A DNA stretch of 64,000 bases from Felis catus (Eukaryota): contig NC_058368.1 of the NCBI RefSeq assembly GCF_018350175.1, positions 226,116,001 through 226,180,000 on the forward strand, in the 5' to 3' direction. The notes below the pieces were generated by a model, which was given only the letters and a program-made list of their open reading frames with translations, was not told the DNA's origin and searched no databases. Within the stretch, counting starts at the first letter, position 1; each line of letters starts with the position of its first letter. Both the position numbers and the translations under genes were made by a program. Below, in pieces: positions 50,111 to 63,845 of the stretch.

Positions 50111-51802
50111 AATTCCACTTAGTAGCTGAATAGGTAGATAGACCTGTATCTATATATCTGAACGTATCTTTGAATGTATAATTATACCTAGAAAAAATTA
50201 CTAAAATATGGACACTGGTAATTAAAATCCAGCTGGGAAGACACGTGTAAAAGAGAAGCTCTTGGGGACTAACTTGGGGAAGATACTTACAATGACTGAA
50301 GGTCACAGGGTTTCAGAGAAGGGAAAGATCAGCGGCGCAAGAGAGACCAAAGAGGGTCTTACACGGTGGGAAGCACTTGTGTTGGTTCGTTCACCAGAGT
50401 CAGGGGTTGATTGGGTGGAGAGGCAGGAGCAGGATTACAGGCAAGAGGGGCAGCATTCACCCTACAATATTTGCGCACAGCAGCGAGGCGGACCCTAGGA
50501 ATCACATGTAAGTTATAGCTTCTAGACTAGAGGGGCGTACAGCCCACTGGGGGATAAAAACACATAAATTACAACCCAGTGTGGATTGTACTGTGTGCAC
50601 TGTGAGAGTACTAAAAAATGGTACCTGCTTAAGCCTTGAATGTGGTGAACAGGGGTAGACGATGAGGGGACTGCCCGAGGGAAGTTTCTAGAAGAGGTGA
50701 GGGTGAGTTGAAAGTCAGCAGGCGTTAACTCTGTGGAGAGTAAATACTGGAGGCAAACATGAATGCTTACCTCAAATACAAATGCTTACCTCAGACTTGA
50801 CCGTTACGCTGTACAAAAGGCCATCCGCAGCTCAGTAACAGGTAATGTGTTGAACCTGTTTGGGAATAGCGCTCCTTTTTCACTCACAGAGCCCGTGTGG
50901 GTTTCTCTGGCTTGTCCACTGAGGCCATTTTGCCTGGATGCTGAGCACCACATATGGAGCTGCTTAGGTGGATTGATTTCTGGGTCTGGGGAGGGGAGGA
51001 ACATCTGTCTCCCCGTTTCATCTCCACTCTAGCTCTGTGACAGGCACGGGCACAGGGCAGGGTGAAGAATTTGGGCCACATGCGGCAGGAGGCCCTGGGT
51101 CATGGGGCATGTGTCTATATAGCTTTCGTGGAGACTACCGAAAAGCTTCCAAGGACTTGTACCAACTGATACTCCCACCAGGAGTAGAAGAGAGTGCTTC
51201 CATATCTTCACCGGGAAGCATAAGGGCAGAGGACTGTTTCCTCTTCTCAGCTTTCCATCGCCTTTTGTCTTCATTTCATTTGGACCCTAGGTCTTTAAAA
51301 CAAGAGGTACGAGTGACTTTCTGGGAAAACTTCCCTCAAATTTCAAAAGAAAGCCTTGGACATTGAGGTCAGCCGGGGCTTGGGGGAGGAGTGGAGCTGG
51401 GTGGGCAGCCCAGAGCAGTGCCGGGGGCAGGGTGGGAGACTGGGAGGGTGCGGGGTGGTGGTGGTGGTGGTAAGGAGGGCTCTGGGTGAAGAAATGAGAG
51501 AGGCTGCTAGCAGGGTGCCTGGGTGATGGCTGGGGAAGAATCGGTAGGTGGAGGTGGGGAACAGGTCCTGGAAGGATGGGGTGCTTTTTCCCCCTTCCCC
51601 AGACTCACCATTGCTCACTTGCTTTTGGACAAGGGTCAGTACTGATTAGAGTTGGACGTTGGTGCCAGGGGTAGGTAAAGAGTGTCAAATATTAGTGAGT
51701 ATGTGTACCAGTGAGGAATAAAGGAAAGAGAGGAAAATCCCACGTAGACACTGAATTCGGTGAATTTCTGGGTAGCCATTCTTTTGTAAGGGGAATGGAA
51801 TC

Positions 51803-51848
<46 letters not shown>

Positions 51849-51859
51849 GTGTGTGTGTA

Positions 51860-51912
<53 letters not shown>

Positions 51913-51946
51913 TTAACATGTATGTATGTGTGTGTGTATATATATT
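51803..51946. repeat. Compound microsatellite (ATCT)11-(GT)n-(TA)n
   Basis: Directly visible. Confidence 0.95.
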
Positions 51947-52569
51947 GATTTAAATACCACAACGACACAAAAACTAAATTCATGTCCTCTGTTTCCTAAC
52001 AGTGCTCTTACTTCATACTCTGATTATTAGATCTGCTGTTGATTGAACCTCTCCACCAATTTTTCCTCAATATTCCCTAAAGTGTACAATATAAACCAGG
52101 AGCAGAAGATGAAGAAAAACTCACTTTATAGACATTGCCTCATGGGCGAGGGTGCACTACGTGGCCTTGCAGGTGGTGTAGACATTTCCTGGAATATACA
52201 GTTGTATAGACCATATAACCTGGGCTCTGCAGCTTATTCAGTGTATTCCTGGGTGCTCGTTGAATGCGTATCGTGTTCCAGACATAGACAACGAGCCCAA
52301 ATAACTGCAAACCAGTGTGCAGAGTGATCGGAATTGGTATGTGTGCCACACCATGTTTACTTAGCAAAGACAGGTCCAGTAGACTCTACGTTCTCCTCTG
52401 AGATAATTGGGGACTGATTCATGGTCGTTCAACGTACACATTAAAGACCTTCTAGATCAGCCCTCTTTTCTAAAAGGAGAGATGGGGCAGCCAAGCTCCT
52501 CGAGACAATTAGTGACTTAGCCCTGTCTAGAACCAGGGCCCCCTCCTTCTGCCAAGAAGCTTTGTGGGC

Positions 52570-52806
52570 AGGAGCATGGTTTACTAAGCCCATAGGTCAG
52601 GTTTTGAGTCTCCGCATTTACTGGCCTTGTAATGTTGGGCCTGCTTTTTAACCTCTCAGTGCCCCAGTTTTCTCAACTGTCAAAAGGGGATAATAATAGT
52701 AGTAACTGTGTCACAGGGTTTCGGAGGATCAAATGAGAACATGCACGCAATACACTTGGCCGAATGACACATGGAGTAAACGCTCCATAAATATCAGCTG
52801 TCATTA
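52570..52806 (+). mobile_element. MIR
   Basis: AACCTCTCAGTGCCCCAGTTTTCTCAACTGTCAAAAGGGGATAATAATAGT. Confidence 0.88.
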
Positions 52807-53285
52807 GCGGTGTTTTTAAATGAAGAGTTTTATAGTTGAAGGCAGAGAAGGACTAAGTACCGATTCAAGGTGTTCTTGAAAGTCCCCATAGACTGACCAG
52901 TGAAAACCTGTTCTTTTGTGACTGCCCTACTTTAAACGCAGGCCCCTCAAACAAGGCATCTGCCATGACATCAAATGAAAGGGAGTTCTTTGAAACATTA
53001 CTTTCTTTGGGAAAACTGATCAAAGGACTACTGAGATACTTCAGGATTTCCACTTAGGTACACTTGAACACAGTTAGCAGATTCTGCCTCTGTTTTAGTG
53101 TCTGTCTGCCTCTCTCTCAATGTTTTTCAGATTTTTAGCACAGAATAGCTAAGCTAGAATTTCCACTTATCCGGTCTCCTACAGAGTACTATAATGGAAG
53201 GCAAGAGTGGTACTGCTTAGAAAATGTGGCAGCTACAGCCTGTATTTCTGCACTAGCTGGCTTGTTTTAAAATTGTTACAGCAGA

Positions 53286-53525
53286 GGGGTGCCTGGGTGG
53301 TTCCGTTGGTTGAGTATCTGACTTCGGCTCAGGTCATGATCTCACGGTTCTTCATGGGGTCAGGCCCCACATCAGGCTTGCTGTTTCTGATCCTTTGTCC
53401 ATTTCTGATGGACAGAGAGCCCATTTCTGATCCTTTGTCCCCCAAATCTCTTGCCACCCCCCCTTTTCAAATATAATTAAAAAATAATATAAAATTCAAA
53501 TATAATTAAAAAATTAAAAATTCTT
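53286..53525 (+). mobile_element. Rearranged Can-SINE
   Basis: SINE head, internal direct repeat TTTCTGATCCTTTGTCC. Confidence 0.85.
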
Positions 53526-54706
53526 TTAACTGTTATAGCAGAAAGCTACATTGAAATTATTGATTATCCTCCTGTTTAGCTCTTGTGCCACAAACTTAAA
53601 ACCTTGGAAACAGCCAACCCCAAAGAATTTCTCCTGCTTCTCACAATCCTTCAAATCAGAACTTTGAATTCCTTTTAGATTTGTAGCTCTTTAAGCTGTA
53701 GGTACCCTAGTCATCACATACTCCAAACCCCCACGACCATAAAGCTGGTGGAGTGAGCCTCAAAATCCTGGTTCCTGGGGTCCAGGGGTCACTTTACCCT
53801 TCTCCAAGTGGTGGCAAACCAGAGAGAGTTCTCTAGTTCTGAGCTGACTTCTTTCTGTCTCAACAAGAATACTCTTTTTGAAACTTTCAACCATCAAAGC
53901 CAAAGAGATAAAATAGAATGCTGTTAGCAAATGAAAGGTGTTGCTTAACTATACCTTGTTTTTTCTTATTTGTGATCTTAACTGATGAATAGCAGGCCTC
54001 AACTTCCAGGAGTTGGAATGATTTGGTAAATATAAAGAAAGCCACTGTGAGAGGTCCCCGGGAACACTGCCTAGCCCTTTGTTTTGAAAAGATAGAAATA
54101 AATTGAGTCTTGACATTTTGACAGTGAGATTAACAACGTCATCACCTGCTTATGATTAGGGAGGTTGACCTTATGTTGCAATTCTTTTGGTTATTTACAA
54201 ACTGAAGAAATTTTCTGCTGTTCTTAAAAGAGAGCCCCATTTATGAAATTGGGCGGAATGTTAATTGAATTTAGATAGAAGAGATTTGAAATGCTTCCAC
54301 ACAGAACCCTCTTAAAATCCCAGGGCGTGATAAAGGTAAAACTGTATATATACTATTATTTCCCTTGGACAAATATGGATAAATCTTATCTAGAAACGGA
54401 AGGGCGTTCATGACTAGGTCACGCATCTGGGGGTCATGTACTGCATGAATGTTAAAATCTGGAGATAGTGATTTGGTGAAAAGCAGCACCAGTGACATTC
54501 ATGAGGAAGAAAAAAAAAACATCTTTCTGCATTTGTTTGGTTGACAGCTTGTTCTGGAATGGGGAAAAATGGATATGGTTATATTTTTTCCCAAATGCCT
54601 TTCTCTCAGTATTGACAAACTGATCTTTTCAACACATGAATCATTTTATATCGCATAATAGTGTTTGGTTCTGTATTCCAAAAGTACTTTTTCTTTCACA
54701 AAGAAC

Positions 54707-55051
54707 TGTATTGGTCAGTTTGAGCGGCTGTAATCAAACACACAGATCAGGTGGCTTAAGCAACAGAAACTTGTATCTTACAGCTCTAGAGGCTGGGAAG
54801 TGCAGATCAAGGTGCCGACTGATTCAGTTCCTGGTGGGGCTCTCTTCCTGGCTTGCAGAGGTCCGCCTTCTTTCTGTGCTCTCCACTGAAGACTACCTTC
54901 TTATAAGGCCACATTCCTCTCGGATTAGGGCCCTGTCCTTATGACCTTTAATCTTAATGCCTCGTAAAGATCTTATTTCCAAGTACAAGTCTCATTGGTG
55001 ATTAGGGCTTGAACCATGAATTTTGTGTGGGACACAATTCAGTCCACGGCA
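54707..55051 (-). mobile_element. Complete MLT1A-type MaLR solo LTR
   Basis: TG...CA ends with perfect 5-bp TSD AGAAC (54702-06 and 55052-56). GGCTTAAGCAACAGAAA, CTAGAGGCTGGGAAGT. Confidence 0.92.
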
Positions 55052-55628
55052 AGAACTTTCTGCTGGATTGAAATGGATATCTACAAAACAAAAGCATTTT
55101 AGTTGGCAATTTCGTTGAAAGCCTGGCAAGGGTACTAGGATTCAGTTTATATATTCCATCCAGGTGTCTTGGTGAAGAGTGAGCTGTCTAGCATTCCTTG
55201 GGCATGATGAAAAAAAATCCAGGAAATTTTGCTTTGCCCTTGATTTATGGGCCTTTCCCAACTGAGTTCACTTCTTCGTCCTTAAACATTATTCCAGGTA
55301 GTATTGTAGATTACTTCAGCACTGTTGATACATTAACATCATTGGATGGGTGGGTCAGCACTCCCCAGAAAAGAGAGAGTGGAGGTCGAGGGTGGGAGTC
55401 AGGAAAGAGACCTCGTTTAGGGTCCTGTGATGGAGTCCTGTCCTTGGCTGTCTGGTGGGAACAAAAACAGATACCACCAGAGCACAAAGGAGGGCAAGAA
55501 GAAGATGAATGTGAGGCCCGATCTGGAATTTAAGGATATAGAAACAAAAACCACACCACCACATAACTTACCAGTTATTTATTCCAGCCCTACAAAATGC
55601 TTGCAATGAAAGCAATTAGTTTAGTTTT

Positions 55629-55735
55629 GGGGGTGCATGCCTGGGTAGAGCATGTGACTCTCATTCTTGGGGTTGTAAGTTTGAGCTTCACGTTGGGTGT
55701 AGAGGTTGCTTAAAAATAAAACCTTCAAAAAAGAG
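55629..55735 (+). mobile_element. Short tRNA-like Can-SINE
   Basis: GTAGAGCATGTGACTCTC..., flanking AAAGCA(A/G)TTAGTT. Confidence 0.85.
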
Positions 55736-55806
55736 AAAGCAGTTAGTTCAGGTTTTCCAGTTGTGAGTGCTCTTTGACATTTTGATAAACTTTTAATTTT
55801 AGAACG

Positions 55807-56029
55807 GATTTTTTTAAGTGTATTTAGTTGTTTTGAGAGAGAGAGCACAAGTGGCAGAGGGGCAGATAGAGAGAGAGAGAGAGAAGAGAGAATGAGAGAG
55901 AATCTCGAGCAAGCTCCACGCTGTCAGCACAGAGCCCGACATGAGACTTGAACTCACGCACCATGAGATCATGACCTGAGCTGAAATCGAGATTTGGAAG
56001 CTTAACCAACTGAGCCACCCAGGCGCTCC
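55807..56029 (-). mobile_element. Can-SINE
   Basis: TSD TAATTTTAGAA. Confidence 0.93.
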
Positions 56030-56694
56030 TAATTTTAGAATAGTTTTATGTTTACTGAAGAGACACAGAGTTAGTACAGAGAGTTCTTGCACGCCCCACA
56101 CCCAGCTTTCCTTGTTAAACATCTTATATGGCTCTGGTACACCTGTCACAACTAAGAAAGAAACGCTGGCACGTTATTGTTGACAAAGCTTCACATTTTA
56201 CCAAAATCCCAATAGTTTTCTCTTAACAGTCTTTTTCTGTTCCAAGGTCCTCTCTGGGACACCAAATTGTGTCTAGTTGCTGTCTCCCCTCAGGATCCTC
56301 TCGGCTGTGACCATTTCCAGACTTTGCCTATTTCTGATGACCTTGACAAATTATGGATTCTTTATCAGGTGACCCCTCGTATGCCTCTTCACTTAGGTTT
56401 GCCTGATTTTCTTCTCTTAGGTAGACCAAGATTGTGGGTTTTTTTTGTTTTTGTTTTTTGTGGGGAAGACCCCATAGGCGAAGTGGCATGGTCATTGCCT
56501 CGTATGAGGGCACGTGCTGTCAGCACGACTTATCACGGTTGATGGTGACCTCGCTTGCTTGGCTCGAGGTCACGTTTGTCACATTTCTCCACGGTAAAGT
56601 TACTCTCTCCTCTGTCCCCACTCCATGATAAACTGTTTGAAAACAAGTCAGTAGGTACAGCCCACACTCAAAGAGTGGAAGATCTTGAACTTTT

Positions 56695-56906
56695 TTTTTT
56701 TTCAACGTTTTTATTTATTTTTGGACAGAGAGAGACAGAGCATGAACGGGGGAGGGGCAGAGGGAGAGGGAGACACAGAATCGGAAACAGGCTCCAGGCT
56801 CCGAGCCATCAGCCCAGAGCCTGACGCGGGGCTCGAACTCACGGACCGCGAGATCGTGACCTGGCTGAAGTCGGACGCTTAACCGACTGCGCCACCCAGG
56901 CGCCCC
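56695..56906 (-). mobile_element. Young felid Can-SINE
   Basis: TSD GATCTTGAACTTTT at 56681-56694 and 56907-56920. Confidence 0.97.
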
Positions 56907-57789
56907 GATCTTGAACTTTTTAAACTGAACATATTTAACTTTCTTCTGTTGACCTGCAACACTTAAGTGCATCTCAGTTCTAACACTTAACTCTAATGGG
57001 AAGGTTTTGTCTAGGCATTTTCTCACAAGCTCCACGGACCATCTTTTTTTTTTTTCCCCCTCATTTCTGTCAGCTGTCACTCTTAATTGTGCAGGTTTTC
57101 TGCTGTGCGCACATGACATTTAAAATCTAGATTAAGGCTGAAAAAGTTAGTCAGCTATCCCCACGTTCTCACTTACTGTAAATGTTTCCCTAATAGGCTA
57201 AAAATTCAAATAACGAACTAAAAAGCATTTCTTAATCACACTGCTTGGCATTGCTAAGTGATATACTGACTCTGGCACCATGAATGCCTCACTATGCTAT
57301 TAAGCAAGGATGTAATTTCACTGGCTGTGGAGCCATGTGACTCATTTGAGCATTCCTCTGTGTGCTCGATAAACAGATTGCAATATGTTGCTTTGATTAA
57401 GAATCAAAACTCGCGCTTTAACTAAAAGCTAAAACCCCCAAGTCGATCAAGCAGGCCGATGGAAAAACAAGAGGTAGGATTATGGGATAAAGAGGAGAGA
57501 GGGTCAGTGAGCATACATTTAACAGTCAGTAGTGGAGAACGAAGGCAGAAGACAAGGAGTGTGTGGGTGATGCTGTTGGAAAGCATCCTGTGATGGGGAG
57601 ACGGTGAGCACCCACTGGTGGTTGTCCATTGAGGTGGATGGGACGCTGGGAGAGGTTATATGATCTGGGCATCATGCAGCAAGTTGATACAATTCCATTT
57701 TAAAGAGCACGGATGGTCACTTCAACGAATATCCAGAGAGAATTCGAGAACATATTCTCAACTTCTGCATTTACCAACCTCACTGGTTG

Positions 57790-57985
57790 AAAAATAATAA
57801 TGAGAAATAATAATGAACATCCGCGTCTCGTTTCTCCATGTATAAAGTGATTTCGCACCCATTAGTTCATTAATCCCTTATGAAGAATCCGAGGTGTTAA
57901 TTTTGTCATCATCCCATTTTGCAGATGGGTCCGTTGCGACTTGGGGAGGTCTCACTTGTTCAGGGATAAAGAACCAGGAATTTCA
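57790..57985 (-). mobile_element. MIR
   Basis: CATCCCATTTTGCAGATGGG...CACTTGTTCAGGG. Confidence 0.65.
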
Positions 57986-60179
57986 CTTTGTTTCAGTTCA
58001 AGTTTCAGTTACAAGAGAGGGAGCCCCCTTCCCTGCTGAGCCTGGGGGAGTCATGCAAATGTGAATCTACCACTGTCCATTTAAATAAAACTGCCTCTGG
58101 AAGCCTGTCAGTATTTTGAAGAGATTTTGCTATCAGGATGTCTAAGGAGTGTCTCTTATTTTGGCGGAGGGGGTGCTAACTTAAACCGAGGCCTGAGGAT
58201 TACGACCGCACCTTGAACTCATTGCCCCCGGATCTGGACAAAACTCCCAAATGCTTGCCTCTCTCTTTGGCCTTGCTCTATTTTGTAATCAGTCCCTCTG
58301 GTTTAGGCAAAAAGACTACATTATAGTTGAGGAGAAATGCCGTGTTCCTTGGAACGCTAACCGGGGCCTGGCTCTTGGGGGGGGACAGTTTTCTTCCACG
58401 GGCACATTCTTTTAGATTAGCTGCTTGAGAGATCAACCGAACCTTAAGAGGAATAGGGCAGAGCAAGTTCATTTCAGAGGGGCGATCGTCAACATTCAGT
58501 GGCGCGGTGAGCCAGCTCCTGGAAGGTGACGAGGTGGCACAGAGCAGCCGAATTGCCATCATCTAGGGTGTTGTTGGAGAGACGGGGAATGCCTGGGAAA
58601 TAGAAGCAGAGGGCAGGGCAAGACGTGTCTTCCCATCAGCTGTCCTCTGCCACCCAGGTCCCGCCTCCTTGCCTGATTCCATATCCATGGTGTCCTGTCA
58701 CCCTTCTCTTCCCTCTGCTGTCTTAGGAGTCCGAAACAGAGAAAGAACAAAGGGGCAAGCTAGATGAGCTTTGAATAGGATGAAGGTCCAAGGACAGAGG
58801 CAACTTCACAACACAGAAAGGAGAAAGGAGGACACAGGGGCATAGGGTGTTTAGCCCCTGTTAACGTCTGACGCTATTTGCCTGTACACATTAGCAGGTA
58901 ACCTGCACAAAGTGCTTCCTTTTGAACGGCGTTACCAGTGGAGAGGAAGTCAGGGTCATGGGAGCAGTGATGGCTGTAGGCAGTGTGAATCCTCAGGGCC
59001 CGACCAGGCTGCTTGGACACTACAGTGTATTTTGTCACGTGGTCACCTTTTGAGCCATCTACTTGGCTTAACGCACCGTTGAGGCCAGAAGAGGGATGTT
59101 TGAGATCTGTCCCAAAGGTCCTAGAGTGGAATTACTTTTAATGTCCTTAAAAGTGACAAGTCAAGTGAGCTCGAGGGGAGGAGATGACGACGTAGATGCG
59201 TACTTAGGTTGAGCAGGAAACCATGCTAGGATTTGTGTGTTCTTGGATGCCTTTGACTCTTAAAATCTCACCTTAGAAATGGCTTGTCTTTGTAAAATAT
59301 AGTCCAATTTAATAATTTCCCCCCAATTTTAGCCACTTGTTGATAACTATTTTGGTTTTGGAAATAGTGATGCCAACTCCTTCCAGCGAGGTTTCTAGTC
59401 ATTTTGGCCTGAGTTGATACTGTGTGACTAAGATAGAATCTGCTGTTTTTCCTCTTAAAAAGGAAGGCTGTCTTCTAACTTTTTGGCAGGGACTCGTGTG
59501 GAAAACACAGGGTGGCTCTGTTTTGCCTTCTAAAATCTTTGTATTAAAGTGATTTTCCAGGAAGACGGAAAAGAAAATCTCCCTAAAAATTAGGCAACAT
59601 CCTGGTTGCTGAACGCCTTGTAGGGGTCCTTGCGCCGTGAGGTAAGGAATGTGCGGTATTTGGACACTAGAAAGTACTTTATGCAATATAGACTTCTAAG
59701 AGGCAATGCTGCTTTTTGTTGCTCAAGGTCAGAGTATATTGTTCTCATGTGTTTCTTGGCTCTTGAGTTTCAGTTCACAGTTTCAAGATGAATGGAAAAT
59801 AGATGTTATGGTTTTTAAAAACATGTCATTTTTTTCCCAAAATATTAAAGTGAACGTGCTGTGTAGACAAGTGTATCTCAAGCTCCTTGGCCTTGAAAGG
59901 ATGTGATTCGCTTACATTTTTATTTGATGACTTTCCAAGGACGTCCTTCTTTCATTTTGCCAATAGAACGCGGTGGAGGGTATTTGCAGTTCATTGGCTT
60001 CCAGACAGCCTTCACGTCTTTGTGGACACTCTAGGCTCCTTAGGAAAGGGCCATGTTTCGTTTTTATTTTATTCAGCGCCTGAGATCTGGGGAGTGTTTA
60101 CTACTAATAAAGAAGGTTTATGCTGCTACATTCTTTCTGCCTTTAGATTTAGGACCAGAAAGTGAGCTGGGTGAGGATC

Positions 60180-60265
60180 ATTTATCAGTACTGGTATATC
60201 TTTAACACCTAGAACAGCATCTGGTACCCAGCAGGCACTCAATAAGTGCACGCCGAATGACTGTG
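60180..60265 (+). mobile_element. L2 3' end
   Basis: CACCTAGAACAGCATCTGGTACCCAGCAGGCACTCAATAAGTG...GAATGA. Confidence 0.8.
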
Positions 60266-61597
60266 TCTGCCATCTGATGTGTTACACAGCAGTTAGTAGA
60301 TAAAAGCAGAGTGTTTTATATATAGTCTCTAAGATGTACTCTCAACAGGGTTGAAAGAATTCTGGGAGGTGGAGCTTAGATGTTACTTCTTCTGTTGGTT
60401 TGGCAACTAGATGATTCCTTCAGCTTTCAGCATAAATCCAGAGTCCTACAGTGTTGGCTCTGTCCGCTGTCCCCTTCATCCCCCCTGCCATTGCCTTATT
60501 TAGCATTACTTTAGAAAAAGGGAGAAAAGAACAATTTTGAATAGGTGCACATCCACTCATAGCAGCACCAGGCATATAATATGCACTTTATAAATGCTCA
60601 TTATATTACTCATTATTATGATCTTGGTGATGTGTCCATATTTTTCTATGTTATTAAGTCTAAAAAATAAAAAAAATGGAGAAATTTTAAATTTTATGAC
60701 ATTTTGTCCCATTCTTCCTTAGCATTAATGGAGAACCTCCAACTTCTCTCTTTTTACTTACTGATATGAAGAATTATATTGACACGTTTTCTAATGCTAA
60801 ACATTCTTTGCACGCCTGTTAGAAGCCCCATTGTATTGCATAATTCAGCTTGTGTCTATTTACTTTGAGATTTTTGCGTTGAGAACATAAGTGAAATTTG
60901 TCTGTAGTTTCTCTTTGTGTGGATGTGTTGTCTCAGGTATTGATGTGGATGTTATGCTGGTGTTTTTAGAATCAAAACCTTCCCTTCATCTTCTATGTGT
61001 ATTGTAAATGGATTTGAAATTATCCGTACCTTTAAGGTTTTGTAGAAGTCTCAGTTGTGAAATTGATTAAGTCTGGTGCGTTTTGGGAGGGGTTATTCTT
61101 TGAAACACTGCAGTTTCATTTGTGGTAATTGGTTATGTATGACATCATCCATTCATTTAGGGCTTTACGTTTATTATAATATTTTGGAGGCCAGTAGTTT
61201 TTATGATTCACATATTCCATGAAAAATTTATGGTTCTTTCTGCATTCTCAATTTTTTTTCCTTTATTTTGGTGAGTTAACGGCTTAATCTCATATATTGG
61301 CCTTGGATTTCTTGACTTGAAAAAAAAGGCTCAGTTTCTTATTGATGCATATAAGTAGTTTAGTCTGTGAATTTTCCTCTGAGCACATCACAGCTGTATG
61401 CGAGTTTCTGATATAGAGCATCCCATTGTTACTATTTTCTGTATATTCCATATTCTTGGTTTTAATTTTATTTTTGACACCAAGTTTATTTTGGAGGCTT
61501 AAATGTTTTGCAGATGGTAGGGTTCCTTGATTTTTTGGTTTTGTTACAGATTTTAATTTTTATTGCATTATGGGCAGAATTTTTTTTATTCCACTGC

Positions 61598-61813
61598 TTT
61601 TTTTTTAATGTTTATTTATTTATTTTGAGAGAGAGAGAGAGAGAGAGTGCATGGGAAGGGCAGAGAGAGTATGAGGGAGAGAGAATCCTAAGTAGGCTCT
61701 ATGCAGTCAGCACAGAGCCTGATGCAGGGCTCGAACTCACAAACCATGAAATCATGACCTGAGCAGAAATCAAGAGTCAGGATGCTTAGTCAGCTGAGCC
61801 ACCCAGGCGCCCC
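61598..61813 (-). mobile_element. Can-SINE
   Basis: Ends GCCACCCAGGCGCCCC. Confidence 0.93.
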
Positions 61814-62134
61814 TATTTTATTTCTGTTTTGATAATTGATTGAAACTTTTATTTTTGGTCTAATTAAGTGTCAAGATATTCCATGGAGATTTATAAAGAA
61901 GTCACATTCTCTGTTTTAAGACACGGAATTCTATTTATATATCAGAACAGCCTTGTGATTTTATTCTTATTTTTTGTTCGTGTGATCATTCATCTGCAGA
62001 AAGAGATAAATTTCAATACATCTGTATTTCTTACACTTGTACCTCATATGGGTTTTGCTGTATAAACGGAGATGCCATATTTATAACTGTTGGATGCTCA
62101 TTGTGGCTTGCAATCTCTACAATTTTAAATATAT

Positions 62135-62254
62135 TTTTTTAAGATTTTATTTTTAAGTAATTTCTCCACCCGGTGTGGGGCTCGAACCCACAACCCTGAG
62201 ATCAAGAGTCACCTGCTTCACCGACACAGCCAAGCAGGCGCCCCAGCAGCCTCT
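62135..62254 (-). mobile_element. Short tRNA-like Can-SINE
   Basis: ACCCTGAGATCAAGAGTC, flanking CTCTACAATTT. Confidence 0.9.
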
Positions 62255-63639
62255 ACAATTTCAAAGTAGCTATTTCTTATCGCAAGTGGCTACTTGTTTT
62301 GAAGTCAATGTGTCTGAAATTTCCATCAGAATTCCCAAGTTTGTGTTGGTACTCACCTGGCATGACTTTGCCCAGCCGTTTATTTTCAACTTTTCTTCGT
62401 CACTTTCATTTTACGTGTTTCTTCAATAGAGCCTATCATCTATTTTTTTCCCCCCTTGGGAAGCAGTCTGGAGGTTTTTTGTTTTGATTTCTTAATACAG
62501 TGCCAATACGTATATTTATAAAATAGATGTGTTTGGTCTTAATTCTGTAATCATTTTATGTTTTTCTTTCTTTTATTAACTTTTATTATATGGTCTTAGT
62601 TTAATTGTATGTTTTTTCCTCTTATTTGGAAAGTTCCTATCTGTTACGGCGTAACTCTTTTAGGAACAACCGTTATAACTGTACCTTCATAGATATATTT
62701 AGTTAATTATATTTCTTTAGACAGTATCTATTTATGCTCCCTCCCAGGGCTCGTGAAGAAATAAGTATAATTCCACTTATTTCTACTTTCTATTCCTTCC
62801 TTCTACCGCATAATTTTAGTTGATTATACTATATATTTTTAGCTATTCTCTATTTACCTTTATATTTTTAATGTACTTAAATTTCTTCTCCTCTTCCTTC
62901 ACCAGATTTAAGTCTGGCATTTTTACCCTGGCTGTAAGAGTTGAGGCCGTTGGTACACTTTGCCTCCGCTATTTCTACGTGGTCACGGTGCATGCCATTT
63001 CCATTGTGTTCTAGAGCTGATGCTCACGGTGGCTTTAACTTTCGTTCCTTGCTTACGTGCAGCCAGGGATCACTACTAGTCATTTTGCTAAGGGTTTTTA
63101 TTTGTCTCTTGACTTTGTTTGCCTGAGGACTTTGGAGACCTTCTGCCATGTCTCAATATTGAATGTTGCTGGGGAGAAGCCCAAGGTTAGCTGATGTTTT
63201 TCCCTTCGAGATAAATTTATCTCTTTCTCCTAGCTGGTTGCCCAGAGGATTGTTCTTTATCACTGAAGTCTACGAACTTCATGTCTGTTGTTATATATCA
63301 AGTTTATTTCTGGCATCCAATGTATACTTTCAATCTGTTTCTTTATTTCTCAAAACATTTCCTTGAATTACATCTTCCTCCGTCCCTCCCTCTCTCTCTC
63401 CCTACTTTCTTTCTTTCTTTGTCCTATTTGCTCTCACTTTTTTTTTTGAGCCACCATTTGTACAAATATACTATCTGCTACCACTTTCCCCTTGAATTTT
63501 TTAAGAGCATATTACTTAATTTATAGATGAGAAACTGAGGCACGGTAAGAGACATGGCTGGCTAGGATTGACAACCATGTCTGCTTTCCCTGTGTCTTTT
63601 CAGATGAGCACCTTTCTTCCTATTTCGGATCTTTCCAAG

Positions 63640-63845
63640 TTTCTCCTTCCTCCCTCCCTTCCCCTTCCCTCCTTCCTTCCCCCCCTTTCCTTTCTTTATC
63701 CCTCCTTTCCCCCTTCTTTCCTTCTTCCTTCCTTCCATCCTTCCTTCTCTTCCTCCTTCCCTCTCTTTCTTTTCTTCACTCCCCCAACCTCTCTCTCTTC
63801 CTCCCTCTCTGCTTTCACTCTCCCTTTATTCCTTCATTCTTATTG
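63640..63845. repeat. Polypyrimidine (CT-rich) low-complexity tract
   Basis: ~200 nt almost purely C/T. Confidence 0.9.

Larger units (their letters stand above)
55780..56950 (-). mobile_element. L1MC/L1MD-type 3' end with two nested SINEs
   Basis: Reverse complement resembles 37900-38560. Confidence 0.8.
60770..63400 (-). mobile_element. Diverged L1M body with nested SINEs
   Basis: T-rich strand with L1 motifs (CATAAGTGAAATTTGTCTGTAGTTTCTCTTT, AATTTTCCTCTGAGCAC). Confidence 0.65.
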
